The position numbers were made by a program, and so were the translations under genes. A stretch of DNA of 64,000 nucleotides, taken from Eledone cirrhosa (lineage: Eukaryota). Below are positions 1-14,920 of this stretch, piece by piece. The notes below the pieces were generated by a model, which was not told where the DNA came from, did not search any database, and saw only the letters and a program-made list of their open reading frames with translations. Every line of letters begins with the position of its first letter. The stretch's first letter is position 1. The DNA lies in NCBI GenBank assembly GCA_964016885.1, contig OZ024741.1:26660001-26724000 (forward strand). Direction: 5' to 3'.

Positions 1-610
1 CACTGTGTAGTGAAACACACTACTGGTACACTATAGTATATAACAGTGTAATAAAACACAATCTACTGGTACACATCTAACTAAAGTGTAGTGTACACTA
101 CATTACACTTTATTACACTATAGTATACTTCAGTACACTACACTGTACAGTTCACTGTACTGTAAACTACAGTATACTACACTGTACTGTACTATAGTGT
201 GGTGTACTATAGTGTACTGTACTATTGTATGGTGTACTGTAGTTTACTGTACTATAGTGTAATCTACTATTGTGTGGTGTACTAGAGTCTAGTGTACTAT
301 AGTGTACTGTACTATTGTGTGGTGTACAAGAGTGTAGTGTACTATAGTGTGGTGTACTGTAGTGTACTGTACTATAGTGTACTGTACTATTGTGTGCTGT
401 ACTATACTTGTGTACTATAGTGTACTGTATTATAGTGTACTGTAGTATACTGTACTATAGTGTACTGTAGTGTACTGAACTATAGTGTACTGTACTACAG
501 TGTATTGTACTATAGTGTACTGTACTATTGTGTGGTGTACTAGAGTGTAGTGTACTATAGTCTACTGTACTATAGTGTACTGTACTATAGTGTACTGTAC
601 TCTGTACTGT
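1..610. repeat. Degenerate short-period tandem repeat (TGTAC/TATAG-based)
   Basis: Repeated tgtactatagtgtactg-type units with substitutions. Confidence 0.85.
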
Positions 611-759
611 TTCACATCTATCTAAAGTCTCAATAAAATATTTAGTAGACAGTTTTCTTTTATTCCATCAACTTATTTACATATTGCTTTTTTTCCAGGG
701 GGGGGGGGTTATCTCTCTTCCTCCTTCTCCTCTTCCAGTACAGCCATGTCTCTCCTTTA

Positions 760-2417
760 TCTTCTCTCCTTCCATCTCTCTCTCTCTTCTCCACTCACTG
801 TCCCTGTGGCACCCTTCCTCCCACTTTATCTATTATGGTTAACTTCCCTCCTCTCTCTCTCCCACACACACTCTCTCTCTCCACCCTTCTTTCTCTCTCT
901 CTCACACACACACACTCTCTCTCTCCCACACACTCTCTCTCTCTCTCTCTCTCTCCCACACACAGTCTCACCCTCTCTCACACACACTCTCTCTCCCCCT
1001 TCTCTCTCTCTCTCTCTCCCACACACTCTCTCTCTCTCTCTCTCCCACCCACACTCTCTCTCTCTCTCCCACCCACACTCTCTCTCTCTCTCTCTCCCAC
1101 CCACACTCTCTGTCTATCTCTCTCTCTCTCTCTCCCACCCACACTCTCTCTCACTCTGTCTCACACACACTCTCTCACACACACACTCTCTCTCTCACAC
1201 ACTCTCTCTTCCACACTCTCTCTCTCTCACACAGTCTCACACTCTCTTACACTCTCTCTCCTCTTCTCTCTGGCTTCATCTGAAACCCGAAGACATTAAT
1301 ATTACACCATTGCCTGATGATGTCAGTTTGGCCATTTTTGACATTCACATCATGCAATGGTTGCTGATACACACACACACACAACAACACACATACACAC
1401 ACATGCACACACACACACATACACACACACACACTCAAACACATACACTCATACACACACACACATACACACAGGCATACACACACACACACTCATACAC
1501 ACATACACTCATACACACACACACACACACACATACACACACACACACTCATACACACACGTACACATACACATGCACATACACTCATACACATACATAC
1601 ACACACACATACACTCATACACATGTATACACACATACACACATTCACACACACTCACACACACACACTCAAACATATTCACATCATGCAACGGTTGCTG
1701 ACACACACACACACACATGTACACACATTCACCGGTTGCTGACACACATACACACACACATATACATACTCACACACACACACATTCACATCAAGAAACT
1801 CTCCCTACAATCACACACACACACAAACATACACATGTAACATTTGCTAAGGCACACACACTCTACAATCACACACATGCATACTCACACAAACATATAC
1901 TCTCCATACAGTCACACATACACATATACGTGTACACACACACACATCCATATCTACTGAAATGTAAATAATTGAGACAAATTTTATGCATTACATACAC
2001 ATATATATATGCACATATACACACATATTAACACACATAAATACACATATATATATATATATGCACATATACACACATATTAACACACATAAATACACAT
2101 ATATATATATATGCACATATACACACATATTAACACACATAAATACACATATATATATATCCACATATACACACATTAACACACATAAATACACATATAT
2201 ATATATGTACATATACACACATATTAATACACATAAATACACGCATATATATATGCTCATATTAACACATAAATACACATATATGAACATATACACACAT
2301 ATTAACACACACATGTATATGCACATATACACACATTAACACACACACACATATACACATATATGCACATATACGTACATATTAACACACACACACACAT
2401 AAATACACATATATGCA
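760..2417. repeat. Compound (CT)n/(CA)n/(TA)n microsatellite region
   Basis: Dinucleotide tracts; overlapping ORFs translate to SL/HT/YI low-complexity repeats. Confidence 0.95.
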
Positions 2418-3788
2418 CATCATCATCATCATCATCATCGTTTAACGTCCATATTCCACGCTTGCATGGGTTTGGACGGGAGTTTTCCCACTTGAGGCAA
2501 GAGTGGTTGTCTTGCTCACATAGGACTGTCTGGCTGGTTTTCTACGGCTGGATGCCCTTCCTAACACCAACCACATTTACAGTGTGGGACTGGGAGGTTT
2601 TTACTGTGTTGCCTACACGGCCACATTACAGCGTGGGCTGTGTGTTTTTTGTCGTGACACCTACACGATCTCATTTGTTTCGGCCTGGATGTTGTGGCAC
2701 CAACATAACTTTACATTGAAAGGGGTGGTGTGGATGGGACGGGGGTGTATTTTGTTAGAGATGCCTACTGACTGTAGTAGGTTTTACTTTGTATTTAGGT
2801 AAGGCGGGTCTTCTCTATTACTGAGTACCGCCAAAGATCTCGGTCTAGTGACATTGTCTTGGAGAGGTGTGTGTGAGGTCGGAATTTATCAGGTCGTCCC
2901 AGGTTTTTCTGGGTCTGCCTACTCCTTGGCTACCGTCTATCTTTATTGCCCTGCACTTTTTCATATAGCTGTCGTCTTTCATGCGCATCACGTGACCATA
3001 CCAACGTAGCCTTCTCTCAAGTAAACAACATCTGATCCCTCTTATTTCTAATATTTCCCTTCGTTTATGCTTTGCCGTTCGCGTATATTACTATTACACA
3101 TCCAGTGGAGCATGCAAGCTTCGTTCCTCTCTAGTCTGCGTATATCCTCTGCACACAATGCCCAGGTCTCACTGCCATGCAACATTGCTGTTCATATGCA
3201 GACATCATACAGCCTGCCTTTCATTTTTAGGGAGAACCCTTTAGCGGCTAATAGTGGTATAAGCTCTCTGAACTTTTTCCATCCAGTTCTGACTCTAGCT
3301 ACTGTACTTTCAGAGCACCCTCCCCCACTGCTGATTTTGTCACCCAGGTAACGGAAGCTGTCCACTATTTCTATAGAACCCTCTGCGCAATTGAAAGAAC
3401 TAGTATTTTGTGGGTACTTGCTGCTTCTTATTGCACCAGAGCACCGGCCACATGTAAAATCTATGTTCTTAGTTAGCTTACCTGTGATCCCACTACATCT
3501 TTTATGCACCCATATTTTGAATTTGGGACATAAAATGGAGTTTCTACCTACGCCTTTCCTACACACTGAGCATGGCCATTTCCCGGAAGGGGCCGGCGCC
3601 TTATTTTCTTTCCTACAGACTAGGACTTTAGTCTTAGCCGGGTTAATTTTAAGGCCTTTTGATTCTAGGCCGTGCTTCCATGTTTGGAATTTCTTCTCTA
3701 GCTCGGCCATTGATTCAGCTATGAGCGTTAGATCATCTGCGTATAGGAGTTCCCATGGGCAGCCGGTCTTGAACTCCTCTGTTATAGG
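2418..3788 (-). mobile_element. RTE LINE family A, 5'-truncated and disrupted (RT C-terminal half, PHD insert, 3' UTR, (GAT)n tail)
   Basis: ORF 3192-3869(-) has WELLYADD, the C4HC3 finger and FRYLG; the 3' end reads ggacgttaaac(gat)n; homologous to 38130-41097. Confidence 0.93.
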
Positions 3789-3885
3789 CAATAATACATA
3801 CATATTAACACACACACATACATACAAATATACACATATATGAACATATACACGCATATTAACACACACATATACATATACTCAC

Positions 3886-4850
3886 ATATTCCCTTGAGAT
3901 AAAAAGGACAGATCCTGAACACTATAGATCTTGCTTGCAGTCTGACCTGGACACAATGCAACAATAGATCTCAGACTGGCAACTCAAGCTAGCTGTGGAC
4001 AAGTGCACCACCATGCATTTTGGGAGTAAAAACCCAGCGTCCACATACTCCCTCCACAGCACTAATATCAAGAAGTCTTCTTGTGGACGTGACCTGGGCA
4101 TTACGGTCAGCAGCAATTTGCATTGGACGAAGCACGTCTCTAAAATTGTCAAGAGGGCCGAGGGTGTCTTAGCATCACTCAGCAAGACCTTTGTCAGCTG
4201 CTCTCCAGCTATCTATTTAAGGCTGTACATGGCTATGGTGCGACCACACTTAGAATTTGCATCACCAGTCTGGAGCCCCTATCTTGCTCAGAACATTGAC
4301 TGCCTGGAAACGGTTCAGAGACGTGCAACCAAGCGAATACCCTCCATCAGGCATCTACCATACTCTGAGCGCCTTGCTTCCCTGGGCATGGATACATTGA
4401 AGCTCCGACGCCTGGCAACTGACTTGGTAAACACCCACAAAATTGTTAACCATCTTGCCAACAACAACCCTGAGTACCTTTTTGATTTCCATGTGTCTAA
4501 CACACGTGGGCATGCCCACAAAGTCAGAAAACAGTACAGTTCCCATGACTTTCGGAAACATTTTTTCACGCTCAGAGTTGCTGAAGCATGGAACAAACTA
4601 CCTGTATCAGTTGTTAGCTGTCGAGACACTGCATCCTTTAAAACCTCCATGCTTCCCGAGATTCGCCAACACTACACCTAATGTTCCCCCTCCATACACA
4701 TACACACACATGTATATCATGACACATACACTATTCACTTCCCTGACATTTGTGTATTATTCTATGTACTATACATGCACCTTTGACGAGTTGTAGTGCA
4801 CCTGAGCACTTTACACAATAATTTCATTATTATTATTATTATTATTATTA
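3886..4850 (+). mobile_element. CR1-like LINE, 5'-truncated RT C-terminus with (ATT)n tail
   Basis: ORF 3995-4681 contains RDLGI, VRPHLEFASPVWSPY, LETVQRRATK, TRGH and FFTLRVAEAWNKLP, typical of CR1/L2/Jockey-group ORF2 ends; (att)n at about 4826-4850. Confidence 0.85.
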
Positions 4851-6435
4851 ACACACACATATACACACACACATATACTCACATATTAACACACACATAC
4901 ATATGCACATATACTCACATATTAACTCACACATACATACACACATGTAAAGTAGACAACAAACAATGCTGTTTTTTTTTCTTCCTGGATTCTACTACTG
5001 TTCACACAAGACATATATATATATATATACACTCTTATGCCACATATATCTACGTACACTCATGCATATATACTCATCTACATACATTCTTATATTTATT
5101 TACAGTGAGATATCACATTAGATATTATTTAAAGTGAGGAAAGACTGTGCACAGAGCCAATCCCCCTCTTTGAGCGACAGTAGCTATAACCCGAAAAGAA
5201 GAAAAGATCGACATCATCAGTAACTACTGAGCCACAGGTTTTATATCGGAGTTATCCCAGTTTCCTGAGTTGCCTTCTAGAAGAATGCCCTGACAAAGGG
5301 TAGGGGTCCTTCACTCCCAGTGGTTTAACCACGCGATTGGGTGTCCCCGTGCATATACATACACATGCACCCATGTATATACACATACATACATATGTAC
5401 GTATGTATATACATATTTACGCACATATGCATGTATACACATCTATATACACTCTTATGCATATATACTCATCTACATACACTCCTATGCATATATACAA
5501 ATGGGCATTGAAAATGTACATGCACATACTAGCATATATACACATGTACATATAAGGAATATATATCTCAATGGATGTATATTTACATGTATACATCATC
5601 TTTATGGAAGAATTTCTACATATAGTCAATAATGTGTTTCTTTAATCATTTCTGCATTCTCTGAAGACATGGTCAGAATTAGTCACTCATTCCTTGAGTC
5701 AATGTTTAGATTGTGATATTATTAATATACATGAGCAATTGTTGTGACTACTTGTTGATAATGACAGTGTACAGTGTTTAGGTGCACCTACATAGAGCAA
5801 GGTTTTTTACTGTTTGTTTCTTTTATTTTATTTGTTTTTGTAAGCCAACTTGGTAGCCCAAATGAAGAATTTAACTTATAGCAGAGCAAACTCTCAGTTT
5901 AACCATTTCCTTACTATATTTCAATTAATTAATGAAGACTGTTGATGGATTTACTAAAATGATTAATTATTTCAATACTAATTTAATATATGTTTCTTAT
6001 ATAAAATTGTGTTGGAAGATTTTAATATAATTAAGAACCATTTAAAATAGGTAGTTTTGTGTCATAAAATCAGAGCTAGTTTTGACCAGGTTGGTACCAA
6101 AAGAGTTAATATCTCTCTTATATTCTGTTTAATTACAATCATAGAAAAATTTCCAACCAGCTTGTTTATATAAAATGGTCTGATTCTCTTTGCCTAACTC
6201 ATTCGTTACCCTATTTCTAATGATTTTGAAAACAATGAAGAATTTGCATTGATTTTGTAATATAACAAATTTCTCATTATTAAATCATTGTTTGGAGCAT
6301 AACTTAACAAAAGATCTTACATAAAAATCACCCCACTCTCTCATTTTACATACATTTACAAAATACTATATATTATGTTTTGCAGTTTTGTAGATCCAGT
6401 AAAGTCATATCTTCATTCTACATACAACATTTCAA

Positions 6436-6900
6436 TCATCATCACCGTTTAACGTCCATTTTCCACACAAGTATGGATTAGACTAGTTATTCCGTAGTGA
6501 GACAAACCAGGTTGGATGACAGTGTCTTGCTCATACAGAACTGACTTTGGCTTGGTTTCTATGGCTGGATGCCAACCACATTTACAGGGTGTACTGGGTG
6601 CTTTTTGTTGTGACACCTACATGACCCCTCTACAGTGTGGATTGGGTGCTTATTGTTGTGACACACGTACATGACCACTTTACAGTGGGGGCTTTTTGTC
6701 AATACACCTGTACGACCACTTTACAGTGTGGACTGGGCGCTTTTTGTCATGACACCTACATGACCACTTTATAGTGTAGATTGGTTGCTTATTGTTGTGA
6801 CACCTACATAACCACTTTACAGTGTGTATTGGGAGCTTTTTGTTGTGACACCGACACAACCACCTTACAGTGTGGACTGGGCGCTTTTTGTCGTGACAAT
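6436..6900 (-). mobile_element. Diverged RTE/SINE 3' module with about 6 internal 48-bp-type repeats
   Basis: catcatcaccgtttaacgtcc tail followed by repeated gtgacacctacatgaccactttacagtgtg units. Confidence 0.75.
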
Positions 6901-7526
6901 GTCCCATATATTTTAAATTGAAGTTTTGTAGATCCAGTGGATAAGTACCATGGTGGTTTTTCCCATATTTTTGTGGTGAAAGGTGTGACTTATACATAAG
7001 TATATACAATAATGTGTTTCAACTCTCTTTGATCTTTTCTCTACTTTCCAGAAATGATGTCAATTATCTCATTAGGATTAATATATATATAACTTATTTA
7101 ACAAATTCTTTGATTGCATTGTTGCATACTTATTTATTGAACACCTATTGATGATATTGACGTTGTTTATATTTAGTTTGATTTACACATCACTTGAGTA
7201 TTGATTTCTTGTCTATGTTTATTATTTATCTATTCTTTTTATATATTTTATTTATTGTTCATGTAGTTGTGTTGAGTGTTTTATGTTATTTTTTTCTTCA
7301 CTCTATGTGTGTATGTGTGTGCATGCATGTGTATGTGTGTGCATGTGTGTATGCATGTGTTTGTGCATGGGTGTATGCGTGTGAGCATTTGTGTGTACAT
7401 GAATGTGTGTGTGCAAGTGTGTGCATGCATCCATGTGTGTGTGTGCATGTATGTGTGCATGCATGTGTGTTTGTGCATGCATATGGTTTGGTCTGTTTTT
7501 GTTTTCAATAATGTTTTCAAAATTGT

Positions 7527-7662
7527 CATGTTAGGAAGGGCATCCAGCTGTAGAAATCAAGCTAGAGTGAGTTCCTGTATGAGCAAGATAAGGTCAGCCG
7601 ACTGGACACTGCCCACAACAGGACAACCTGTCTAACCCATGCTAGCGTGGAAGAACGAACGT
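7527..7662 (+). mobile_element. RTE family B 3' UTR fragment
   Basis: Matches 50370-50505 (ttaggaagggcatcc...ctaacccatgctagcgtggaagaacg). Confidence 0.75.
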
Positions 7663-7998
7663 CCGCTTTTTCCCTGCTTGCAAGGGTGGGGCGGGAACTG
7701 ATGCTGGCTTGATTTCTACAGCTGGATGCCCTTCCTAACACCAACCTCATTTACAGTGAGTGCTGGGTGCTTTTTTGCCATGGCACCTGCTTTTTTGCCA
7801 TGGCACCTTCACGACCACTTTGCAGTGGTATGATATGGACCCCAGTCCCTATCACCTCATTTCTACAGCTGAGTAAACTGGAGCGATGTGAAATAAAGTG
7901 TCTTGCTCAAGGAAACAACACATCACCCAGTCTGAGAATTGAACTCACAACCTTTCGATTGCAAGGCCAATGCTCTAACCACTAAGCCATGTGCCTCC
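7660..7998 (-). mobile_element. tRNA-derived SINE, family 1
   Basis: On the minus strand: ggaggcacatggcttagtgg (A box), gagttcaattc (B box) and the same body as 32519-32863. Confidence 0.88.
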
Positions 7999-8211
7999 AT
8001 TATATATATGAAATATGTGATTATAGTGTAGTACTTCAATGAGAGAAATTCTATGCACATTACAGTCCTTAGTTCATCAGGAATTTAAAGTGGACTATTA
8101 AGTTATCAACAGTTAAACATCCTGTTGTTAAGGACAGTTCAGGTAGCAGAACATTAAAATTCATTATTAGAAAACAATAAAGGATATGAAATTATATTTA
8201 TTCCTTCATTT

Positions 8212-10040
8212 CATCATCATCATCATCATTTTACGTCCGCTTTTCCCTGCTTGCAAGGCTGGGACGGGTCTTATTCAGCACAGCATCTCTCCACTTGTCA
8301 CGGTCCTTCGTCATCTCCACCGTGAGCTTCAGCGATCTGAGGTCTGTTCTCACCACCTCCGCCCATGTTTTTCGTGGTCTACTTGTACCACGTCTTCCTT
8401 CAACTGGCATTTCCCGGCACTTCTTCACCCATCGGTCATCCTCCATGCGCATCACATGTCCATACCACCGCAGTCTCCTCTCTCGCACACTACATTCTAT
8501 CCTTCTCAGACACAGTTTCTCTCTCAACACATTTATGCTGGGTCGTTCACGCACATTGACATTGCACATCTAACGGAGCATGCCTGCCTCATTTCTCTCC
8601 AGCCGTCGCATATCCTCTGCAGTTGCTGCCCATGTCTCACTACCATGCAGCATCGCGCTCCTCACACAGGCATCATATAACCGGCCTTTCGTATGCAGGG
8701 AGAAACCCTTCTTCGTCAGCAGAGGAAGCAGCTCCCTAAACTTCTTCCAACCCATCCTTATTCTAGATACTATGGCCTCGGAACACCCCCTCCCATGCTA
8801 ATCTGATCTTCTAGGTACCGGAAGCTATCCACCACTTCTATAGCACCCGCCTGCATTTGAAAAATGTGTCTATCAATGCGACTTCTACTGTCTAATAGAA
8901 TTTATGCCAGTTCCTTGTCTGCATATCGAACATGGCCATTTCCCTCACGGAATCAGAGTTTTGTCCTCTATTCTACTCATCAACACTTTTGTCTTAGCTA
9001 GCTTCACTCTCAGTTCTCTTCCTTCCAACTGCTGTTTCCATAGCCAGAATTTATTCTCTAGCTCCTCTACTGATTCTGCTATAAAAACCAGATCGTCAGC
9101 ATAGAGAAGTTCCCATGGACAGCCAGTCTTAAACTCCTCTGTTATGGCTTGGAGGACTATAATGAACAAGAGCTGGCTGCGGACCGAACCTTGATGTACT
9201 CCTACTTGTATCTGGAATTCCTCACTAAACTCCATTCCTACCCTGACTTTACCGAGAGTACCTCTGTACAAAGTTTGCACTGTCCTCACAAGCCATTCCT
9301 CAACACCTAGTTTCCTTAGGGACCACCAGATGACAGATTGGGGTACCCTATCAAAGGCCTTCTCTAGGTCAACAAAGGCTAAGTATAGTGGCTTATTCTT
9401 CTCTAAGAACCTCTCTTGTAATTGTCTCACCAAGAAGAGGGCATCTTTCCCAGGCACAAAACCACACTGCCTCTCATCTGGTTTGACCGTTTCTCTAATT
9501 AGTTGTGCTAATATCCTTTCTGCCACTTTCATAACCTGATCCATCAGTTTTATACCCCTATAATTGCTCCTCTCCAGAGCGTCCTCTTTACCTTTGTAGC
9601 AATTTATGAGAATACTGCTGCACCAGTGTTTGGGTATGACACCACCGTATATAGCCTGATTGATGATGCGTACAACCAGTTTAGTGCCTATGTCCCCTGC
9701 TGCCTTCAGCATCTCAGCAACTATCCCCGACGGTCCAGCAGCCTTACCATTTTTCATTTCCTTAATTGCCTCTTGGGCCCTATATTCGTCAATCTCAATA
9801 GTCGGTCCCTCTGTCGGATCTACTGAAGGTAATTTCTCTCTCTCCCATTCGTTGTCCACATTCATCAGTCTGTCATAATGACATTTTTCTGATCATTCGT
9901 GACACTAAGTACACCGGCATCATTCCGGACACATTTATCTCCAACAACATCCTGATTTACATTGACACACTGCCTTGCAATGTGGAACACCGCATGCCTC
10001 TGATCTTCCCATCGCAGAACATTGGCAAACCTCCTACTCT
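8212..10040 (-). mobile_element. RTE LINE family C, truncated, with frameshifts and deletions
   Basis: ORFs 8945-9865, 8570-8755 and 8231-8569 (-) contain [23 protein letters not shown] and RRLRWYGHV; the ORF ends directly at the (GAT)n tail. Confidence 0.92.
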
Positions 10041-10044
10041 CATA

Positions 10045-10387
10045 TATCATCATTTTCATCATCATTTCATTTTACGTCCGCTTTTCCCTGCTTGCAAGGG
10101 TGGGACGGGAATTGATTCTGGCTTGATTTCTACAGTTGGATGCCCTTCCTAACACCAACCTCATTTACAGTGAGTGCTGGGTACTTTTTTTGCCGTGGCA
10201 CCTCCATGACTACATTGCAGTGGAATGATATGGACCCCAGTCCCTATCATCTCATTTCTACAGCTGAGTAAACTGGAGCAATGTAAAATAAAGTGTCTTG
10301 CTCAAGGAAACACCACATCACCTGGTCTGAGAATTGAACTCACAACCTTTCGATTGCAAGGCCAATGCTCTAACCACTAAGTCATGT
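10045..10387 (-). mobile_element. tRNA-derived SINE, family 1
   Basis: Same A/B boxes, body and cttgcaagcagggaaaagcggacgtaaaatg tail as the other copies. Confidence 0.88.
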
Positions 10388-10599
10388 ATATCAAGTGTTC
10401 TTGTTTTGAAGACAGCGAATGTCAATACTCATCCTTTTCCATTTTAGAGTGTTTTAGCCCCCACTATCAGGCTCATTTTCTTTAGTCAAAATGCAGCGAA
10501 AGCTTCTATTTCTAACTCAATTCCATATATATACAAAACACAACAAGCATTTTCTTCACTAAAGTAGGAATTATTGCGGTAAGGAAAATAAGACTGTCT

Positions 10600-10960
10600 G
10601 ATATCCATGCAATGATTTGAACTTAGTTATGATTTGTACTTAACCATAATGGACTCTGCTAAAGGCATCTAAGGACCAGGTGTTGGTGAGAACCAAATGG
10701 TAAGGACAAGTTGGATGGGAGGTGAGCAACGTTTTCACTGACACAGTAGCTTACCAAAGCAATTCTTTTATGGTAGGCTTGCTTCAAGATAGAGAGCAGT
10801 TAGATGACATATAAAGTGTTCCACTGAGAGCCTGAAGGTGACATTGACAGCCCTGAACATTGACATAGAATCCTGGGAACAGCTTCATCACAGCAGAACA
10901 CTAAGAGGCACCAACACCAATAAAGGTGTAATGTCCTCAAAAAAGACATACACACAAGCA
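10600..10960 (+). mobile_element. Possible ancient RTE C-terminal remnant
   Basis: Degenerate codons resembling LPKQ(F/L)FYG and DIESWEQL; no intact ORF. Confidence 0.35.
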
Positions 10961-11084
10961 ACAGCGACTAAATAAAGCTGCTCAAAACCTGCTCAATCGG
11001 TACTCCAATGTGATCCTGTGACCATGCATATGTTCAAATATTCTGACCATACATGATTTTTTTCAATTGCTGATACTTCCTACT

Positions 11085-11221
11085 GGTCACAACTCCTGGC
11101 AGAAAGAGCAACGACAAATAAAGTATCTTGCTTAAGGACATAACACCCAGTTTGTGAATTGAACTTCTAACCTCACTATTGCGAATCCAATTCTCTAACC
11201 ATTAAGCCACGTGCCTTCACA
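11085..11221 (-). mobile_element. tRNA-derived SINE, family 2 (diverged, partial)
   Basis: Homologous to 42042-42265 (gtgaaggcacgtggcttaatggttagagaattggattcgcaa). Confidence 0.75.
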
Positions 11222-11286
11222 AGGCCTCAGCAGCGCAATAGCAGTGCGTCAGTCTCACAATCCAAATACACACACACATATATATA

Positions 11287-11383
11287 CAGGGTGTTCCAAA
11301 AAATGTATACACTGTTTAATAGCATTCTAATATATATTGCCTGTACAGGTAATCAAAGTGTGTATTCAATTTTGGGGGACACC

Positions 11384-11386
<3 letters not shown>
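11287..11386. mobile_element. 100-bp Tc1/mariner-type MITE
   Basis: Imperfect TIRs cagggtgttccaaaaaatgtatacac and gtgtattcaattttgggggacaccctg; TA on both sides. Confidence 0.75.
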
Positions 11387-11463
<77 letters not shown>

Positions 11464-12194
11464 ATATAGAGAGAGGGTGGTGGATATAAATAGATAAATA
11501 TAAAATGCATATAAACACTTATATATATAAGAACATTGTATTAATATTTACACATATACACTACATGATGTGTATATTGTGATATATATATACACCCATT
11601 CTAACTCCTTCAATTTCCCATTTAATTTCCCGTGGTTTCCGTTTCTTCATTTAACTTGTGTTTATTTCACTCAACCTTCCTTCCTTCCTTTATTATCTTT
11701 CATTTCTTTTTCTTTCTCTCTAGTTCAGTCTTTCATTGTAAACTTTCATTTCTTTCCTCTTTCTCTCTCTTTCTCTAGTTGTATCTGTCTTTCATTCCTT
11801 TCTCTTTCAGCTATCTTTGCTTTGTTCTTCAATTCATTTTCTTTTCTTTCTTTCTTTTCATACCTCTTACTTTTCTTGTCTTTCTCTCTTTCTTGTGCTT
11901 CTTTTCTTACTCTCTCTTCCCACCCCCACCCCTCTCCATTCTTTTTGTCCATGTATTAGCTTCTGTTTACCTTCATCCTGTCCCCCACTCCAACCACTCC
12001 AGTTTGTCAAGGAAGCCAACACAACTGGCCACTCCTTCACTCCCACTTCCCTCAACAACACTCTTCTCTTACTGTTTGCTCATACTTGGCTTCTCCAACT
12101 GTTCACATTGAACTGGCTACTATATATATATATGTGTGTGTGTGTGTGCATACATATATATATATATATCTACACACATATATATTATATAAAT

Positions 12195-12730
12195 TTATCA
12201 TCATCATCATCATTTTTACATCCGTTTTTCTATGCTTGCATGAATTGGACAGGTTCTTTTCATCACAGCATCTCTCCAATTGCCACATTCCTTCGACATC
12301 TCCTCAGTAAGTCTCAGCGATTTGAGATCAGCTCTCATCACCTCTGCACAGGTCTTCGTTGGTCTACCTCTACTGTGGCTTCCTTCCACTGGGACTTTCT
12401 GGCACTTCTTCACCCAGTAATCATCATCCATGCACATCACATGTCTATACCAATACAGTCTTCTCTCTTGCGCACCACTTCAGATTCCTCTTAAACCTAA
12501 TTTCTCCCTCAGATCATCCAAGCTCTACTTTTGTCTCACATTTACATTGCACATACAACAAAGGATGGTTGTTTGATTTCTCTCCAGTTTACACATATCC
12601 TCTGCAGCCAGTACCCATATTTCACTACCATGCAGCATTGCACTTCGCACACAGGCGTCTTACAGTCATACTTTTGTATGTAGGGAGAAACCTTTTGTTG
12701 TCAACGGTTGGACTAGCTCACTAAACTTCT
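12195..12730 (-). mobile_element. Diverged RTE 3' fragment
   Basis: ORF 12216-12440(-) reads WVKKC...GRP.KT.AEVMRADL..WRDAV, followed by a (GAT)n tail. Confidence 0.8.
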
Positions 12731-12923
12731 ACAGACATACAGAAAACACTGACCGTTTTGACACATTTGAGCTCCACCTAAATACTCACACCAAAAAAAA
12801 TATTCACATTAAAAATGCCATTTAGACTGTAAAAGATTTTTTCTATTTTAACCAAATGAATTCAATTGAATCCTGACCTGTTAAACCCCACCTCTACACC
12901 TTTATAAAGAACATATATATATA

Positions 12924-13422
12924 CTAGCCGAATTACTCGTGCCTTGCTGCGTTTCACACATTTTGTGAGAAAATGATAATTGATTTTAAATCAATGATAT
13001 AATTTATGGAGAAAAACTCTGCATTTCAGTATTACTCAATGTAAAATGTAATGCATGAAAAATTGGAAAACATTTTTTGTAATATATCAAATCAAAATTA
13101 CATTATTAAATCTTATTCTTATTTTGTTTCATGTAAATAATTTTTTTCAAAATGTCAATTAAAAACTTTTGTGAATAGGCATCATATCTTGTCATTTAGC
13201 TATGGTTTAAATTTCATATAAATCGAAGGGAGAACATTTTTAGTGGGGGTTTGTGCCCCCGAGGAACCCTTTGATTAAAATGGAATATACTTATCCAAGT
13301 ACCCTGGGCAATGTAGTTTCAGAATATATATGGTTATGGTGGTCTATCTCCAAAACGATAGGAGGAGTTCGTGAACAAAGAAACAAACAGGAATACAACT
13401 TTATATATATAGGTATAAGAGA
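12924..13422 (-). mobile_element. Probable non-autonomous Helitron
   Basis: The minus strand begins A|TCtcttatacctatatatataaag and ends ...gcagcaaggcacgagtaattcggCTAG|T: TC and CTAG termini, a GC-rich subterminal segment, an A-T target and no TSD. Confidence 0.55.
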
Positions 13423-14167
13423 TTTTGACAGAAATTTCACATATATTCAAATTGCTCACAGAATATATGAAAAAACTTTTTTTTAAATATTTATTATTTA
13501 ATATTTAATAAGATTGATATACCAATTGAAACCAGTAATATTTGACAAAATTTAAATCCACTTAATATAACAATTATAAAATTATTCATTCTGTGGATTA
13601 AAGTAAAAGTAAAATAATCTTTAAATATACTTTATGTGCTTTTTCACTTTTACCTTTAGACTATAACCTTAGATTTGTATGGAACTTTACCTCCCTTTTC
13701 AACTATATATATATTTGTGTGTGTGTGCAAAGAGAAACAACACAGTACAATGAAGAAATATATTAGTTTTAATGCTTGATATAGTAGGAAAATAGTATTA
13801 TGTTTCGGACACTAGTCCTTCATCAAAAGATAGAATGAGAAATAAAAGATGAAATAGAAAGACAGAGAGTGAGAAGGGGAAGGAACAGAAAAAGCCTGTG
13901 TGCATACAGTCAGCCATTTCTGGGATATATGTATCAAGCAAGATGAACAAACCTGCTTCAATACTTAATTTGACATCTTTAATTTTTAATTGTAATATTC
14001 AACATTTGATGAGATGGATTACACTGATACATCGAAACCAGTTATTGTAAAACTATTTTTTCTTAAAAAAAATTGTTCCTCTCGTTTTTTCAATAATGTC
14101 ACTTTGACGAATCAAAGAAGAAAAAAAGAAAAACATCCTTTAAATATACTTTTCGTGCTATTTCAAA

Positions 14168-14720
<553 letters not shown>

Positions 14721-14920
14721 TTGCATAATATATATATATGTATACTGCAATCTCTGGTACTATGCAGTAATACAGAAAACCTACCCTCCCATCTGCTGCA
14801 GCTGAGGCATACATCTAGTATGCACAACCTCCCCTCCCATACACTTTGCTGTAATCACCTCACCCCTATATCTATCTCCCCAATTCCCCATTCATCTCCT
14901 CCATCCAAGTATCAAATCCA

